Of a stretch of 64,000 bases of DNA, positions 26,001-41,765 are shown piece after piece. The notes below the pieces were generated by a model that was not told the DNA's origin, did not search any database, and saw nothing but the letters and a program-made list of their open reading frames with translations. Numbering within the stretch: the first letter of the stretch is position 1; each line of letters starts with the position of its first letter. This stretch comes from the human T2T-CHM13v2.0 reference genome, Homo sapiens: NCBI RefSeq assembly GCF_009914755.1, contig NC_060942.1, one strand, 5' to 3'. The translations under genes and the position numbers were made by a program.

Positions 26001-28124
26001 CTATGCCTCACTATGCCTGTTTTCCTCTCCATATTAATTGTGCATGAAAGAAGATACAGTTAATTAAACTGATAGAGATACATTATATATTTCCAAAATG
26101 ATAATAAGTATCAATCTCATCAAGCTGAAATCTTTAAGAATTTTAGTAATATTAGCAACATTTTAATTTATAAATTTACATATATGGAAAAAGATATAAC
26201 AATATTAGGTATGAATTACTGTTGTGATGTGGAAAAAAACAAAAAAGATATATGTTTTTAAATTAAATATAAGATTGGATTATCCAATGTGACACAAATC
26301 AGATATCTCAGTATCAGGCTTTCCTCACTAACTTCAAGAACTCAAGCTATCACACTGGCCTTCCCAAGTCCAATGTCTAATGGAGAAAACTTATAAAACT
26401 ATAGATGAAATTATTTTCCTGTATCAGTTTTATGTTAATACATCTTGTATCCTCTATGCCTTCTTTCTATTAACCTCTCCTCTTGCTTTTTCTCTCTGTG
26501 ATATTTTGATTTAGGATAACAAACCTAGTCTGAACAATTTTCTTAGCCCTAGGAAATTGGTTCTCAAAATACAGCTTTATTAAATGGTAATTAAAGGCTT
26601 TAAAATAAAATTTCAAATACACTGGCTTGATAATAGATTGCATAATGTTCATTTGTTATATCCACCAGAGACCTTCTTGAAATTTATAATTTGTAGGTCA
26701 TTTTATTATATTTTTTCTGGTGTGTAGTGCCATGATAATTGATTATATATGTCAGTAATCCATGACGGAAATTGCTTTCTTACCTATTTCAATAGTGGAG
26801 CTACAGTAAAGACAAAAATAACTATCTGTTATAGAATCAAAATGGGATTATAAACATAATGATGAAAATATCTGTTTTAACTATTAGCAGCTTTTTCTCA
26901 GTGCATGATTGCTAAGAAATCTTATTAAATATCATGACCACAACTGCGTTACTTGGAAAACCAATAAATTGACGCATGTTGGAGGGGGTCAGTGACTTTT
27001 ATACAAAACTTCAAAGGCTGCCATGTTGCTTCAGAATGAAGCACTGAGGGATGGTAGTAGTTTTATTTTAATGTTTCTTAATTTGAATAACCATAATCTT
27101 GAGTTATGTTTGTGCAATATAGATGAGGTGGAGTTTGCAATTATAGAAGGAAAAGAGAAAAGAGAGAACAGAGGGAAAAGGGAAAATAAATGAAATTTTA
27201 AACATGATCATATTTAAAACAAACATAATTGCTATTAGAGCAATGAGAATCTTGGGAAAAAGGCTCATAAAATTACTAACTATCTTGAGTCACTCTTGCC
27301 TGTGCTGATTGAAAGTTAGGTAGAAGAGGAACATTTTATCAGGAAGAAGACATTTGTACACAAAAGGGCTGATGATTTAGTGTGAAAGAGGCACAGAGAA
27401 AGTAACCTATAATGGGCATTTATTTGGGTAAGCAGGTGTGAAAAATACTCTAGGGAGCTGAGTGCCAGTGTTTAGAAACAGCTCAGGCTCTGAGCACTTG
27501 TAATTATGCAGGCTTTCCCTTTGGGCTTACTTGTTTATCTGTCTGTTGGTGGTTGGCTGAACTTTTTAAATTAAAATTTTGATGAAAAGAAAGTTCCTGC
27601 CTTAAAACCATACTTTGTAAGCCTAAAAAGGACTCTAGAGAGCAACTTTAAAGTTTTATGAGGATATTTTTAAATATCAGTTTTATTTTTATTGTACATT
27701 TTACTTTTCTATTTGCACTGCTCTGCTTAGGAGGAAATTAATTTAGAAAATAAAAGAAAGTGGCCCCCAAAGTCTTCCAAATTGTTTTTACTGTACTTTG
27801 TAAAAATTAAATCTGGTTAGCTTAACTGTGGCGAAGATTTAGTTTAAGGGCTGGAAGGATGCATTATTTTTTTCTCTTTTTAAAAACCTTAATTATATTT
27901 ATTAAGAAAAATTGTTTCAGTATAAAGGTTTTGTGTGCTAAAGTCTGACTAAAACAAAAAAAAATATATTTTTCTTTGACTTTCTACAATTCAAATATGT
28001 AAAAACAATAAAAATAAGTGGAAAATAAAAATATACTTACATAAAATCATGAAAAGATAAAAATGGGCATATGATTGCACAAAAGCCTTGCTAATCTGAC
28101 ATTTTCATTCTCAATCTTGTCTGA

Positions 28125-28477
<353 letters not shown>

Positions 28478-28774
28478 AATATACATTTTAAAATGGATTA
28501 CTGAATAGATAGTTGTAATTTGGCCATCAGAATGACAGAGACAACTATATATTTTATTTTACCATCTAGAAGCAAATGAAAGAAGAAATATTCCATAAAT
28601 ACTTTATGCTTTTGAACTACATGGACTCAATAAATTGACAGAAATATGTTATTAAGATTACAGGATAATATAAAAATGGAGGTTACTGACATAAAAAGTA
28701 AAATGAGTTCAACAAAACCATATTTCACTAATAATTAAATAAATAGGATAATGTGAGAAGACAAGAAAGACTGC

Positions 28775-29224
28775 TGTATAGGAGCCATGACATGAGAACA
28801 TGAGTCACCGTATTGGGAAGGGTTATTGACCTGATCCACGAGAGGAGGTGGGGCTACCTTCCACAATACCCCGGGGCAGGAACACATGTGGAGCTGAGAT
28901 GATCACCTTGGGTGCTCCTAGAACACTCTTATCCTACCATAGCTGTGAAAGAATACATGTAGCAACCCCAAGCAGAGATACATTGTCAAGAGTTAAGGTC
29001 TTTCAGTTGACAGCTGAAGGTTGGAGAAATTAACAATAAATAGTAGAGCAAGTAAGGGATCAATACAAGTTAGGGCCCCCAAATCAACTTTGATAATGGG
29101 GCTGTAATATCTCCCACTAACCTCTCTCTTCCAAGTCCAACTCCCTCCCACCGAAGGTAGAAATTGCTCCCTGAACCTGTGTAGAGAAACAGATCTGTGT
29201 GGTGCAAGGGAGTAACGGGGAACA
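28775..29224 (+). mobile_element. Probable 3' end of ERVL internal sequence (HERV16/ERV3-16A3-like) adjoining LTR16
   Basis: Raised GC; purine-rich tract gcaagggagtaacggggaaca immediately before the LTR16-like start; assignment is mainly positional. Confidence 0.45.
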
Positions 29225-29676
29225 GTGATGACCATGACAACACACGACTCAGATTTGTTGCCACACAGCACAATTTAGAGACAGCACCAGATTCTCTGCT
29301 CATCACCATGTTAACAACAGATTCATTCGTGAGCATCAGATTCATGCTCATCACCATGTTAACAACAAAGCTTTGCTTTCTGCAGGCTGTGCTCAGCCAA
29401 TGACTCAATGTAGCAGAGATCCAAGGCAGGCTCTCTCCTGCAATGCATGGCTCCCTCCTGCCTTCTGATAGGCAACTGTGGCGTGAACACATTGCATTGG
29501 TTTAGTCAAAACCCCATTAGAACTGTGCTGCTGCAGTTCTAGACCTTCAAACCCAACATTTCTTCTTACCCTTTCTCCTTCACAGGGTCCAGAACAGCAT
29601 AGCGGTCTGAAAACATTTCCCAATGTCTCCAGTTCCTTCATCTTTTTATTTTCCCTCCCAGATGTTCACCACAAAT
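29225..29676 (+). mobile_element. LTR16 (C-like) ERVL LTR
   Basis: cagccaatgactcaatgtagcag, ttagaactgtgctg, tctccttcacagggtccagaacagcatagcggtctgaa. Confidence 0.75.
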
Positions 29677-29678
<2 letters not shown>

Positions 29679-29717
<39 letters not shown>

Positions 29718-29753
29718 CATGTGTGTGCTCTCTCTCCCTTCCTTTCTCTTTTT
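29679..29753. repeat. (TG)n followed by a CT-rich tract
   Basis: Directly visible. Confidence 0.92.
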
Positions 29754-31291
29754 CTGAGCCACGAGTCATGTAAATAAACCAGAAAAATACCAAACCCCAA
29801 ATTATCGAGAAATAATATTAATAAAACAGTTTTTTTTCTTCTTACTACATGCAAACATTTTTGGTGTGTATTGAGTCTATACACGGTTTCTCCTTTCGGA
29901 AGTTCCATTAAGCACATATTTAGAATCTTCCTTATTGTTCGTACATTTAAGGTTTTTAAGGTACAAACGGATGTGACTGTGATGACATTAGTTGCCACAG
30001 TTTTATAAAGTTACACTCACCTACTTACTCCTATCGAGAGGAAACTTCATCGTGCACACAAAGTGATTATTGTTCTACCAACCAGATAGGAGGCTGATTG
30101 CAAAATATGTAAAGTGAGTACCATGCATGGAAATTCTACACATTTGTAGACAAACTTTGTGATAGGAGATGCTAAGAGTATTGAGGTCATCATCTATCCT
30201 ATAACATTACTAATTTTAGAAGCATCAATCAATCATTTTAAAGTAAATCCAGCATAATTGACAGAAATACACAAGCACATTTTTAGTAGCTGCACTTTCC
30301 ACAGCATTTTAGATTATATTGCATTTTTCAGCTTTGTTCAGTGTCCTGAACTATATGCTGTGGTTCATTAAAAACACACATACAAGAGGAAAGAAAATAT
30401 ACTAGGCCAATTTAATAAAAAATAAACTAGGAGAATTACGTTTCAGCCTAATGATATCACATAATCAAAATCTCCTTTAAGGACTGTTTGATGCCCATAA
30501 TTAACTGGTCATTAGAGACATCAATTCCCTGCTGGCTTTAATCATGACTCAAACTTACAGCACAGTGAACACTAACTACCCTCAAAGGCATATAAATTAC
30601 TTCAAAATCTCTCTTTTCAGGTAGAGACTGTGAAAATCAGTTAACAGTTCGTTTTCTTGTTACACCCAAGAGAAAAAATGGAGATAGTTTCTGAAATCCA
30701 GAATGGGAGTTCAGTACCTAATAATTACAGAGGGATTTTTGTATCATCTAAATTTAGTCAATTAAATTTAATGCAGACAATTCATTTTTTATATATTGAG
30801 AAATGACACTATGGCCAGAGGGGGAAAATACAGATAAAATAAACACTGCTCAGGCCATAGAGAAAAAAGTAAATACTAGTTCAACTTATATTTTAAAATA
30901 TCTCCATACATGAGAAGGAGAATAATAGATGTATCATCAATGATTAGAGTCGTTGAGGAAGGTTACCTAGGACATAAAAGGGCTGTCACCATGTACTTCT
31001 CATAGCAGAATTTTACAGTTTTCACATGTGTGAGCCCTTTCCTGCTTATTTATAATAACCCACAGAGTTTTCATTACAGGAAATGATTGAAAATAATTGA
31101 TGAACCTGTGAATTCTGAGGCAAATATTCAGGTATTCTTCTAGGCTTGATTATCCTGGTAAGTGCTTCCGTGGTTCTCATTTGTCCATTCTTAAACACTA
31201 CAGGCTCCCTCTTCCTCTCAGTCCACATGTAATTAATTATTTCTGAAAAATGTATTGCACTGATAGATATTGTTTTAAATCTCTTTCTACT

Positions 31292-31716
31292 TGTTGAGAA
31301 TTATGAAGGGTTCAATATATTATCTTACTGCAAGCTAACACATTAGCCTGCAATGATTTTACAGATGCTAAGAAAAGACACAACACTCCTAGTTTACAGA
31401 CTTTGTTACTTAAGGCAAAAGCAGTTGCTGAAATATCAGAGAGGTGGCATCAGTTTCCTGAGCCCCATATTACCTGGTCAATACAGGTGGACTAAGACGG
31501 CATCCAGCATATGCAATGGGTTGCGTTTCAGGAGAGGAAACTTTGCCCTCATTTGCAAACCATAAGATAAGCAAACCCACTCTTTGAGGGGAGAAGTCAA
31601 CTAATTCCTCAAGCTTGCTCACTGAAATCACAGCTTTAAGAAAGGGACTTGTGTTACTGGTATATGAAGCAAGACATAGGGGAGTGGAAGGACCCATGGA
31701 AGAGCATCTCCCAATA
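31292..31716 (-). mobile_element. MER76-like ERVL LTR
   Basis: tgttgagaattatgaaggg...tgcaagctaacacattagcctg start; gacccatggaagagcatctcccaata end. Confidence 0.7.
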
Positions 31717-33211
31717 CTAGTTTCCATGACATTATCTCGGGGCTGGCTTTGTAATTACCAAGTTCATAATTGGTTTTCTTTTCTCTTGGACCTCTAGTTA
31801 TGAGGTAACCTTCAAAGTATAACTGTATAAATTGTCTAAAAGCTTTCATATGATTTCCTCATTGTTCATTCGATATCCTTTAATGCCATATTTAAAATGT
31901 TTACCATACGTGTATATGTGTGTATACTTCTGCCATACAAAACTATTAATATATTTGTAATTAAACTATAGTATCCATGAAACCATGTAAATTCAACAAT
32001 TCCTCATAAATTTTATTAATTCAGATGACATTTGTTTAGGTAACATCAAATTTATTAAGGAGAGGTACATCTTTTTGGAAATATTAAGTATAGGTAATAA
32101 GTATTTGCTATTTTCCAGAATTACATATACATTTTAGTATTTGCGATGTTTAAAATATGAAAGAAATGCCCAAATTCTAATTTATCTTAATATGTCCGAT
32201 GATATACTAGGTATACAATTAAAATGTACATTTTGCATATTAATCTGAAAAGTGTTTAGAAGTCTAATCATTCGTATTGAGGAGTCTTAATTCAATATTT
32301 AATATGTGGATTTATATTACTAAACACAATTTAAAAAATGAAAGGCCAAAATAATTCTCTTTCTGCTACCTAACATTTCCCCTCTCCATTTGTCTTACGA
32401 TTATTTATTTCAGGGTTGAACTCCTTATTTGGGGGATTATATGAGGAACCAAAAAATGTATTATATTCTGACCTAGGAACATGAATCTGCCTACATTTTT
32501 TACATGTTTACTTACACTTCTCAATTTTACCAACTTTTTCATTACAAAGAAAGGAATAATACGTAGGGTGATTTCAATTTATTGTTCTGTCTTTAAGTCA
32601 TGTTCATATTCCTGAAAACTCTATTTGTGAGCATCTATGTAGCTACTGTACTAGTTAATGAGGAAATGATGTTTATCCAAAATATTCTCCACTCTCTAAT
32701 TATAAGCTGTCCAGCCTGATACTCCATTCCTTTCACTGCTTTGCCTTTGATACTCCTGCATGCACACGATATGCTCATTTATTCCTTACAACAGAGTGCT
32801 GACTTTTTCAGCGAATAGCTGAGCTACATTAAAATCTTCTCAGACTCAGTATACCTCAGACTGTTTGGAATGTGGATGAGCTTTTGCATCACTGATAATG
32901 CACCGCTTTTCTAGCTTCAGCAATTCTACTCATTCATTTCTACATTAGTTCTGAAGAGCATTTTATGTAACTTTTCAATTATGTTAAATGTTACTTTGAA
33001 CTTTGGAAGCATGACTGTACCCCATTGAGTGGGTGAATCTCCTGATCCTTCCTGCACTCTTTCTTTTTCTTCTCCCAACCCATCAAGCCAAGTGCTGAGC
33101 TTCCTCTCCACAATTCCTTTGAGAATCAATCTTCATGTGATATACAGCCTAGGGGTGCCTTCTACAGAGGTATGAACTACAAATATATGTCTGCCTTGAG
33201 ATCACAAGAGG

Positions 33212-33886
<675 letters not shown>

Positions 33887-36715
33887 GAGGCACAAGACAC
33901 TATGTTGCTGATATTATGTTGAATAGTTTACATTTTCTCATTTTATTTAGCATTTCATAAATATTAAATCATTATGTTCTGTACTTGTACACTAAAGAGC
34001 AGTTTTTGTTTTATAAAAAGAAAACATTGCAGATCACTTATAAAACTATTTATTTAAAGCATATTTCTGTATTTTTCAAGCACTACAGGAAAATAAAGAT
34101 TTAGGACCTGATTTAAAGCAGACTTATAAGACTTCTGGGATCCACTGTAATACACAGACCCAGCCAACACTCAGCCTGCACACAGCCTGCACACAGCAGA
34201 ACATCTGGGTTGTGTGGGGAGGTGGTGTGGGGGGATAACGCTTCAGTTGTCACGAATGAGGATACTTCACAAATCCATCATGAGCTTGCACTAGTGAACT
34301 CGATGCTTGAAAATAGTTTATCCTATCAAGCAAAAGTCTTACTTTCTTAACAAAATATTTTATTACTTTGATAACTAGTGAAACTATAGCTAGTATTAAA
34401 ATATACAATATTATTAAAATAATTTAATATTTTATTATAATGTATCAATAAATTTTATTTAATTAATAAAATATATTAGTAAGATATTCATAAATAATAG
34501 TAAAATTATTGATTCAAAATAGTCCAATTTGTTGAGCTTTAAGAATATTTATTCTTGTTTAACATTTTGAGCAATTCTATAAACTTGACTTTTTAATTAG
34601 TCCCATTTCTCTAGTAATTACATTCGCACATCAGTATATGTAAATATAATTCACATTGGATTGGATTACAATGGATACATAGTACCATTACAATGAATCC
34701 CAGTGTCATCACAGTAGTGGAAACCGTGACCCTCACTGCTAAATGATACCCCAGCATCCTTTTTGGATTGTATTGTACCTAGATTTTATGAAGACACTTT
34801 ACTGCCTAGTTAGAAACTATAATATCTATAATTTGAAGTTAGCTGTGGACCTATCACTACTTTTGTCCTTTGAGACATGAGCAGAAATATTGTCTTGGGC
34901 TTCATTTTTTTGACTTCCTGTTTATTGAGGAATGCATACATCTAAAGTAGAAACCTGGAACCAGAGATGAGAGTCAAGTGTGGGTGGTGACCGAGCTCCC
35001 CACCAACCTGGTGAGACTGAATGTCCTATGAAGCAACACACAGACAATGGTGGGAAAATTTTGTTTTTCTGAGCATCTATATTTTGAGAACACAAAGTGC
35101 AATACTATAATTAGTTTTGGTTGCTATGTCATAATGTATAACCTTGATCACAGTCACTCTCATCTTTCTCATCGCTGAGTGTTGAGATATTACATAATTT
35201 ATTGTCAGTAACTGGTAAGCTCTGTGGGTGTAAAGAAGTTGAACAGGTACCATTTACATCATTTTCAAAATGGACTGTTTACATCCATACCCAGCCTGCT
35301 CTCACCAAGGTTTCTTCTTCATTTTGACATGCTCCCTAATTCCTTCTGCCTGACTTCTCTCATCTTATTTACAATTTCATTCCAAGCTTAAAAGTGTCCT
35401 AGATGCTCTAGTTGCACTTCTTTTTTTCAATTATTTTTTCTTACTGTTAGTGACATTATTCCATACATTCTTCCCAGGTTTATAATTTTATGTAATTTTC
35501 AGTAAACATTCTTACAGTTTCACCTTTTCCCCTAAGTATTTCTACTAATTATTTGTGCTTATTTAAAATTGGCATCTCTCTCTCTATTTCTCCATAGAAA
35601 TTTCTTGAACTAAAGATGCTACTTTGTCTATTAATAAAATAATGATTTAGAACTCTCTCCTCCTGGGTAGAAGAGAAATTTGGAGGTTGAGAGTAGCTGA
35701 ATGAAGAGTTACTAACATCTACTTTGATTTTATCCACAATTATGCCAATGGGGAAAACACATACTGGGCTATGATATGCATTAATAAGAAAAGTTGGTGC
35801 AAATTGTCGATTAATTCAAAATGCTCATTAAACAAACCTGGCTCTTTCCATTTAAACTAATTCATAACGAAATGATATTACATTCAGTGAAAACATGTAA
35901 GCTGACTAGTGCAGGCAGATAAGTTATTCTCAAAGCCATTTAAAAATATACGCAAACTTTTAGAAGCCAAATCCACATCTCTGTCCTCATTACTTCTCTA
36001 GAATATGTAGACACCCAGGACACAGAGTTCCACAATGTTTTTAATTTGATTATTACTGATCTCTTGCTATGACCTGGTGCCTCTCTTCCTAATCTTGATA
36101 TATATCGATGTATCATCACCTGTCCATTTGTTATCTACCAACTTCCCTTGCACTAAATGCTGTGACAAGTAAGCAAAGTTTGTCTTAGAATTGCTACTGA
36201 AGGGAAGCATGCCAGAAATATAAATCAACCAAATGAAAGTAGGAGTAAATAAAAGAATAAAGACTGTGTTTCAGTTAAAAAGAGAGCCAGTTACTGGGAT
36301 TTATGCCATGTCAAATGTAGGTTAATGAGAGTATTTTCATTATCAATTTTTGACAAAAATGTAAAAACAGTGGGAGGTTGTAGATGACAAGAATATGATG
36401 GATTTCAAGAAACTGCTATATGAAGAAGAGCTTAGCTGATCAGTGTTTCTCTTTTGTGTGGTTCTCCCTATTTATTCATGGAACTAGGTTTTTTATTGAG
36501 TGTATAAATCCGGCACATAAAATACACATAAATAAATGTTCAAACAGTTGCACAACTTATGTCACTTCTCAACATAGCAGAAAGTGCAATGTTTGAGAGT
36601 CACCAAGAAACTTTACTCTGAAACAACACCTGAAGAAAAAAGAGTAATTTAGCCACTTAGTTCTCATCTGCAATTTAAGGGAAAAATGCATAGTGTACAA
36701 ATACATATTGAATAG

Positions 36716-37099
<384 letters not shown>

Positions 37100-37104
37100 T
37101 TGCA

Positions 37105-37515
37105 AAGTTCAAATATACAAGACTATATTCCTAACTATGGTCATGAGGCTATTCCTTAGATCTCCAGAAATTATTTATCTTGCAAACTGAAAGTTGGTAC
37201 TCTTTAACCATCATCTATCCATTTACTTAATCCTCCTCCTGCCTATAGAAACTAAAGTTATATACTCTGTTTCTTTGAGTTAGAATTTTTTAGATACCAC
37301 ATATAAGTGAGATAATGCAGTATTTGTCTTTCTGTGTCTGGCTTATTGTAATTAGCATAATGTGTTCTCTGGGTTCATCCCTGGTTTTGCAAAACAGTAT
37401 TTCCTTGTTTTTCATAAGGCTAAATAATATTCCATTGCCTGTGTGTTTGTGTGTATACACACACACATACCCACACACACTCTTTATATATGCCACATTT
37501 TTAAATCCATTCAAT
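37105..37515 (-). mobile_element. L1MA 3' end
   Basis: agataccacatataagtgagataatgcagtatttgtctttctgtgtctggcttatt. Confidence 0.88.
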
Positions 37516-37793
37516 ATGGGTCTCTTTTAACGGCTACATCTTTCCTTTTGTTCACATTGTTTGCCCATCCTGCTCAATATCTTTCCAATAGTCAATAACA
37601 TTAATACATTAATATTTACTACCGTATTAGAGTACAACATCCTCACTATTCCTTTTCTATTTCTTGTGGGAGGATCCCTGCTAGAAATTAGACTTTCTGT
37701 TGATTTCTTGGAATCCCCTCTTCCTGGTCACTTTCTCCACTCTCACATCTCACATAACATACCAGTTACGCCTCCTACAGGAAGCAGATTAGG

Positions 37794-39079
37794 CGAGGGG
37801 ACTTCAAAAAGTCCATGAAAAAAGCTTGGTATGAAAAAAAAATCTGTCTGAATTTTAAAAATGTTTTTGCATCAAAATAAACTTTTACTCACTTGTCATA
37901 ACATATCTGTATAGGATCCAGTTTTAGACACTGAATAGGATAGGACATCATTCTGAAAAGAGCCCCTATCAGAACAATGTGAATTCTGCTGAAATTGAAA
38001 CAAGAACAGACATCAAACTTATGGTAAAGTAAAGCTTGGGTGGAAAAATGGTGAAATAATAGATGCTTAGGAGAGGTTTATGAGATCAATGTATCCAAAG
38101 AAATCAGCAGTTTAATCATTGACAACTCATTTTAAGAAAGAGGAGATACTGTTGAATATGAAGCCTGAAGCCACAGGCCATCCACATCAATTTGTGAGGA
38201 AAAATCCATTTTGCTAGTGCTCTAATACAAGAAGGCCAATGACTAATAGTAGAAAACAAAGCCAACGCCATACACATCTCAATTGGTTTAGCATACAAAA
38301 TTCTGACTGAAAAATTAAAGCTGAGCAAAGTTTCCACTTGATGAGGGTAGCAAGTGTTGCAATCAGATCAGCTGCAGTGAAAAGCAGAACTTTCATTGGA
38401 AAACCAAACAAACGTGATAAAGATCCTGAATCATTTATTTGAAGAACTGTAACAGATGAAATGTGACTTTACCAGTACTATCCTGAAAACAAAGCACAAC
38501 CAAAGCAATGGCTACCAAGAGGCAAAAGTGGTCCATTCACAGAAAAAGAGAACCGGTCAGGAGCAAAGAGATTCTCAAGGCATTTTGTTTGTTAACTTTC
38601 TGGATGGCCACAGAATGGTAACATCTGCTTATTACGAGACTATTTTGAGAAAGTCAGCCAAAGCTTTAGCAGAAAAAAACCTGGAAAGCGTTACCACAGA
38701 GTCCTTCTTCACCATGACAATACTCCTGCTCTCTCCTCGGGCCAAACAAGGGACATTTTGTTAAGAGTTTTGATGGGAAATCATTAAGCATCTGCTTTAC
38801 AGTTCTGATTTGTCATCCCTCTGACTTCTTTTTGTTTCCTAATCTTAAAAAAGTCTGTAAAGGGCACCCATTTTTCATCAGTTAATAATGTAAAAAATAC
38901 TGCATTGATATGGTTAATTTACCAGAATCCCCTGTTCTTTAGTAATGAGCTAAAGGGCTGATATCACTGCCTATAAAAGGGTCTTGACCTTGTTGGAGCT
39001 TATCTTGAGAAGTAAAGTTTATATTTTCATTTTTATCTTACAATTCCAGTTTTTCATAAACTTTAAAAAAGTCCCCTTA
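37794..39079 (+). mobile_element. Hsmar2 mariner DNA transposon, near full length (1286 bp)
   Basis: Terminal inverted repeats cgaggggacttcaaaaagtccatgaaaaa / tttttcataaactttaaaaaagtcccctta followed by TA on the right. Confidence 0.93.
37979..39015 (+). pseudogene. Disabled Hsmar2 transposase
   Basis: Starts (V)NSAEIETRTDIKLMVK; DSQGILFVNFLDGHRMVTSAYYETILRKSAKALAEK in ORF 38456-38764; degraded VTGDETW (gtaacagatgaaatgtga) and YSPDLAPSDF (tacagttctgatttgtcatccctctgacttc); multiple stops and frameshifts. Confidence 0.88.
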
Positions 39080-39534
39080 TATTATCCTAAGAGAGTAATT
39101 GGGGACCAAAAATAAGGATGCTTGGCCTTTCTTCTCTGGCTTTTAGGAATGAAATTGTACAGATACCGTGTACTTTTTAAGAGCAGTCTTTGTAGTGCTT
39201 AGCAGAAATGTTCCTGTCTATTACTATAGGTGATAGTGTGAATTGTCTGCCTAAATCTTGAGTTCAATATTAGAAAACTGTTTGCCCATACTTTAGTAAG
39301 CTACAACCTTCAATGTCAACTTTCTCACTTAATCAAAGTGATATTATAATGCCCTTGTTGATACATTTCCCAGTGATTCAGAATTTACCTGAGAAAGAGA
39401 CATGATCTATGTTGTATTAACATTTTGGGTTATCTCAAAAAATCTATGGTGTCAAAATTACTTAATATTTTCTAATGTATGACTCATTATCCTCACTTTT
39501 CTTAAATCAATCACAGATGTGGTCCTAGGATTAC

Positions 39535-39760
39535 TAGTATTTATTTTGCATGCATATTCGACCAGAATCTGTTTCAAGTGCATTGCAAATATTAACTCAC
39601 ATAAATCCTACATGAGGGTGATTCCATCATTTTCATTCCAATTTTACTAATGAGGAAACTGAGGAACAGAGATGATCTGTAATTTTTTCAAGAACGCACT
39701 GTTCTTAAGTAATAATCTGGAAATAGAAGCCAGGCAGCCTGTTGCAAGGACTGAGCAGTT
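39535..39760 (-). mobile_element. MIR
   Basis: attaactcacataaatcc...attttactaatgaggaaactgagg...gccaggcagcctg. Confidence 0.8.
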
Positions 39761-40914
39761 CATTAGCCACATCTGAGACTGTGCTTTAGAGTCTAGTGCT
39801 TCAAATCTAACATTTTGCTTTTGAAGCTTGAGCTATTTTATTTATCACTTCCTCTTGCTACTGATAACATTGCCTTTTTTTCTAAAAGCAAGACATTTAA
39901 ACCTTTTGCTCATCTCTATTCGCTAAATATATTAGCTCCAATTAAAGAGGATTTTTACCTGGAAAACAAGACTGGCAAATTGACATCTTTGTTATTTCTT
40001 TACACCTATGTTTACAATATCTGCTAAAAAAGCCAGTAAACATAAAACACCAAGAAGAGAGAAAAGGTGGCTAACCCCTGTCATGAGAATTCAACTTTTC
40101 TTTGTTGGTGAGTGAGACATGTGCTTTCCATGGAGACAGGAAGAGCAATATGCAGGCAGACACACACCTAGGAAGGAAGAAGTGATGAGATCATTTCATG
40201 AGCTAACTCAGAGTTGTAGCCATACAGAAAAGTAAAAATGAGTTCAAAGGTGGTTTGGCTAAAATTAGAATGTTATTCACACATGTAAGTTCACACATAC
40301 AGTGTTGTTTTTTTTCCTAAAAATGCTTGGAGATAGAGCAACGTTGCATGGGCACCCTTAACACCCTACAGAAGTAAAAGTCAATTTGGAAATATCTGAA
40401 AGTGGTTTAACTTTGACCTGTCATCAGTAAAGGTGACTACACAAATTTTTGTGCACACCAGGGCATTGCTGAGAATGAAAGGAATTAGTGCTAATGGTTA
40501 CACCAGGAAACAGCATGCCTTGTGCTAGCTCAAGCACATCAGAACATATAATCCCTACTCATGTAATACTTTAAATTTGTGTCCATTTCTAAAGTGTATT
40601 TTTACTTTATATTTAATACTTAGTAAACTGACCTAGAGTCTGCATCAGCACGTATCTTTTAGTAGCTGATTTTTGTGAAACAAGATAGGACCTTAATTAG
40701 TAATTTTAAATGCTAGTTTATTCCTAGATGACTCTCTTTGATTTTTTGGTTTTATATGTGTGGTTCTTCACTTCAGTACTATGTAGACTCATTATTATGT
40801 CAAAAAATGTCTTCACTTTCATTTATTTAGCTCACTTTCGCATTCTGACTTCTATCCCTTATTGATGTTCCTTTCATTTTTGCTCTTTTGTCGTTAATTT
40901 TTTCAACAAATCTC

Positions 40915-41370
40915 TTGTATTGAAATATAACATATACAACAAGTTGTGTAAATTATAAATATTTGTATTAGTGTATTTTTCATAATAAGTATACCCATAA
41001 AATCCCCAGGCCAATGAAGAAATAGACCCTTTTAAATACCCAACATGCTCTCTCCTGGGATTGCCACCATGAAGATTACTATTATATGACTTACATCAAC
41101 ATAGATTAAAGCTACCAATTTGTGAGCTACATATAAATAAAATTTTGTGGGAGCTGCTTATAAGGAGAATTTTCCCATATCTACACTTTTTCTTGTCAAG
41201 TTTCTCTGTCAATATTATTTTTTCAGGATTCATTTATGTTGATGCACGTAACAAGTTTGTTGATTTTTACAGCTATGTTTGCATTTTCTTCTACTAAAAA
41301 AAGCCACCATTTGTTTTTCCATTCTACTGTTGGTGGTGAGTTAGAATGTTTCCAGTTTTTGCTACACATT
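40915..41370 (-). mobile_element. L1ME-like 3' end
   Basis: ttgaaatataacatatac; ggattcatttatgttgatgc; ccattctactgttggtgg; tttccagttttt. Confidence 0.65.
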
Positions 41371-41479
41371 TCTTCCAGTATTTTTAAGGATAAACTTTGC
41401 AATCACATTTTATGAGTTTGGTCATGTCAGTATAAGTTTTAAGAAATAAGATGTGTATTCTAATATAAAATAAGAAAAC

Positions 41480-41765
41480 TTACAATAAAATATGTTACAC
41501 TTATTACATATCTCAGTGGAGTACATAGTGTAGGATATTGTTTATATGAGGTTTAGAATTTGTAAAACTAATCTTTGCTGCTAGAAGTTAAGATATTGGT
41601 TACCTTTGAGGTGTGGGAAATGGAAAGAGAGATTTAGGGTGCTAATAATTCTCTGTGTGTTGATATGAGTGCCAATGACAGAAAAGTGTATAGTTTGTGA
41701 GAAGTCATTAAGATTTGTGCATTTCTCTGAGTGTGTGTCATATTTAATACAACATCTAAAAATTT
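41480..41765 (+). mobile_element. L1ME-like 3' end
   Basis: aaaactaatct...agaagttaagatattggttacctttg; tagtttgtgagaagtcatt. Confidence 0.65.

Noticed and set aside
29070-29492. Longest ORF (140 aa) with an internal repeat; 36-bp repeat superficially like a CRISPR unit
   Set aside because: Antisense reading of LTR16; only two repeat copies, a 12-bp spacer, eukaryotic context and no cas genes
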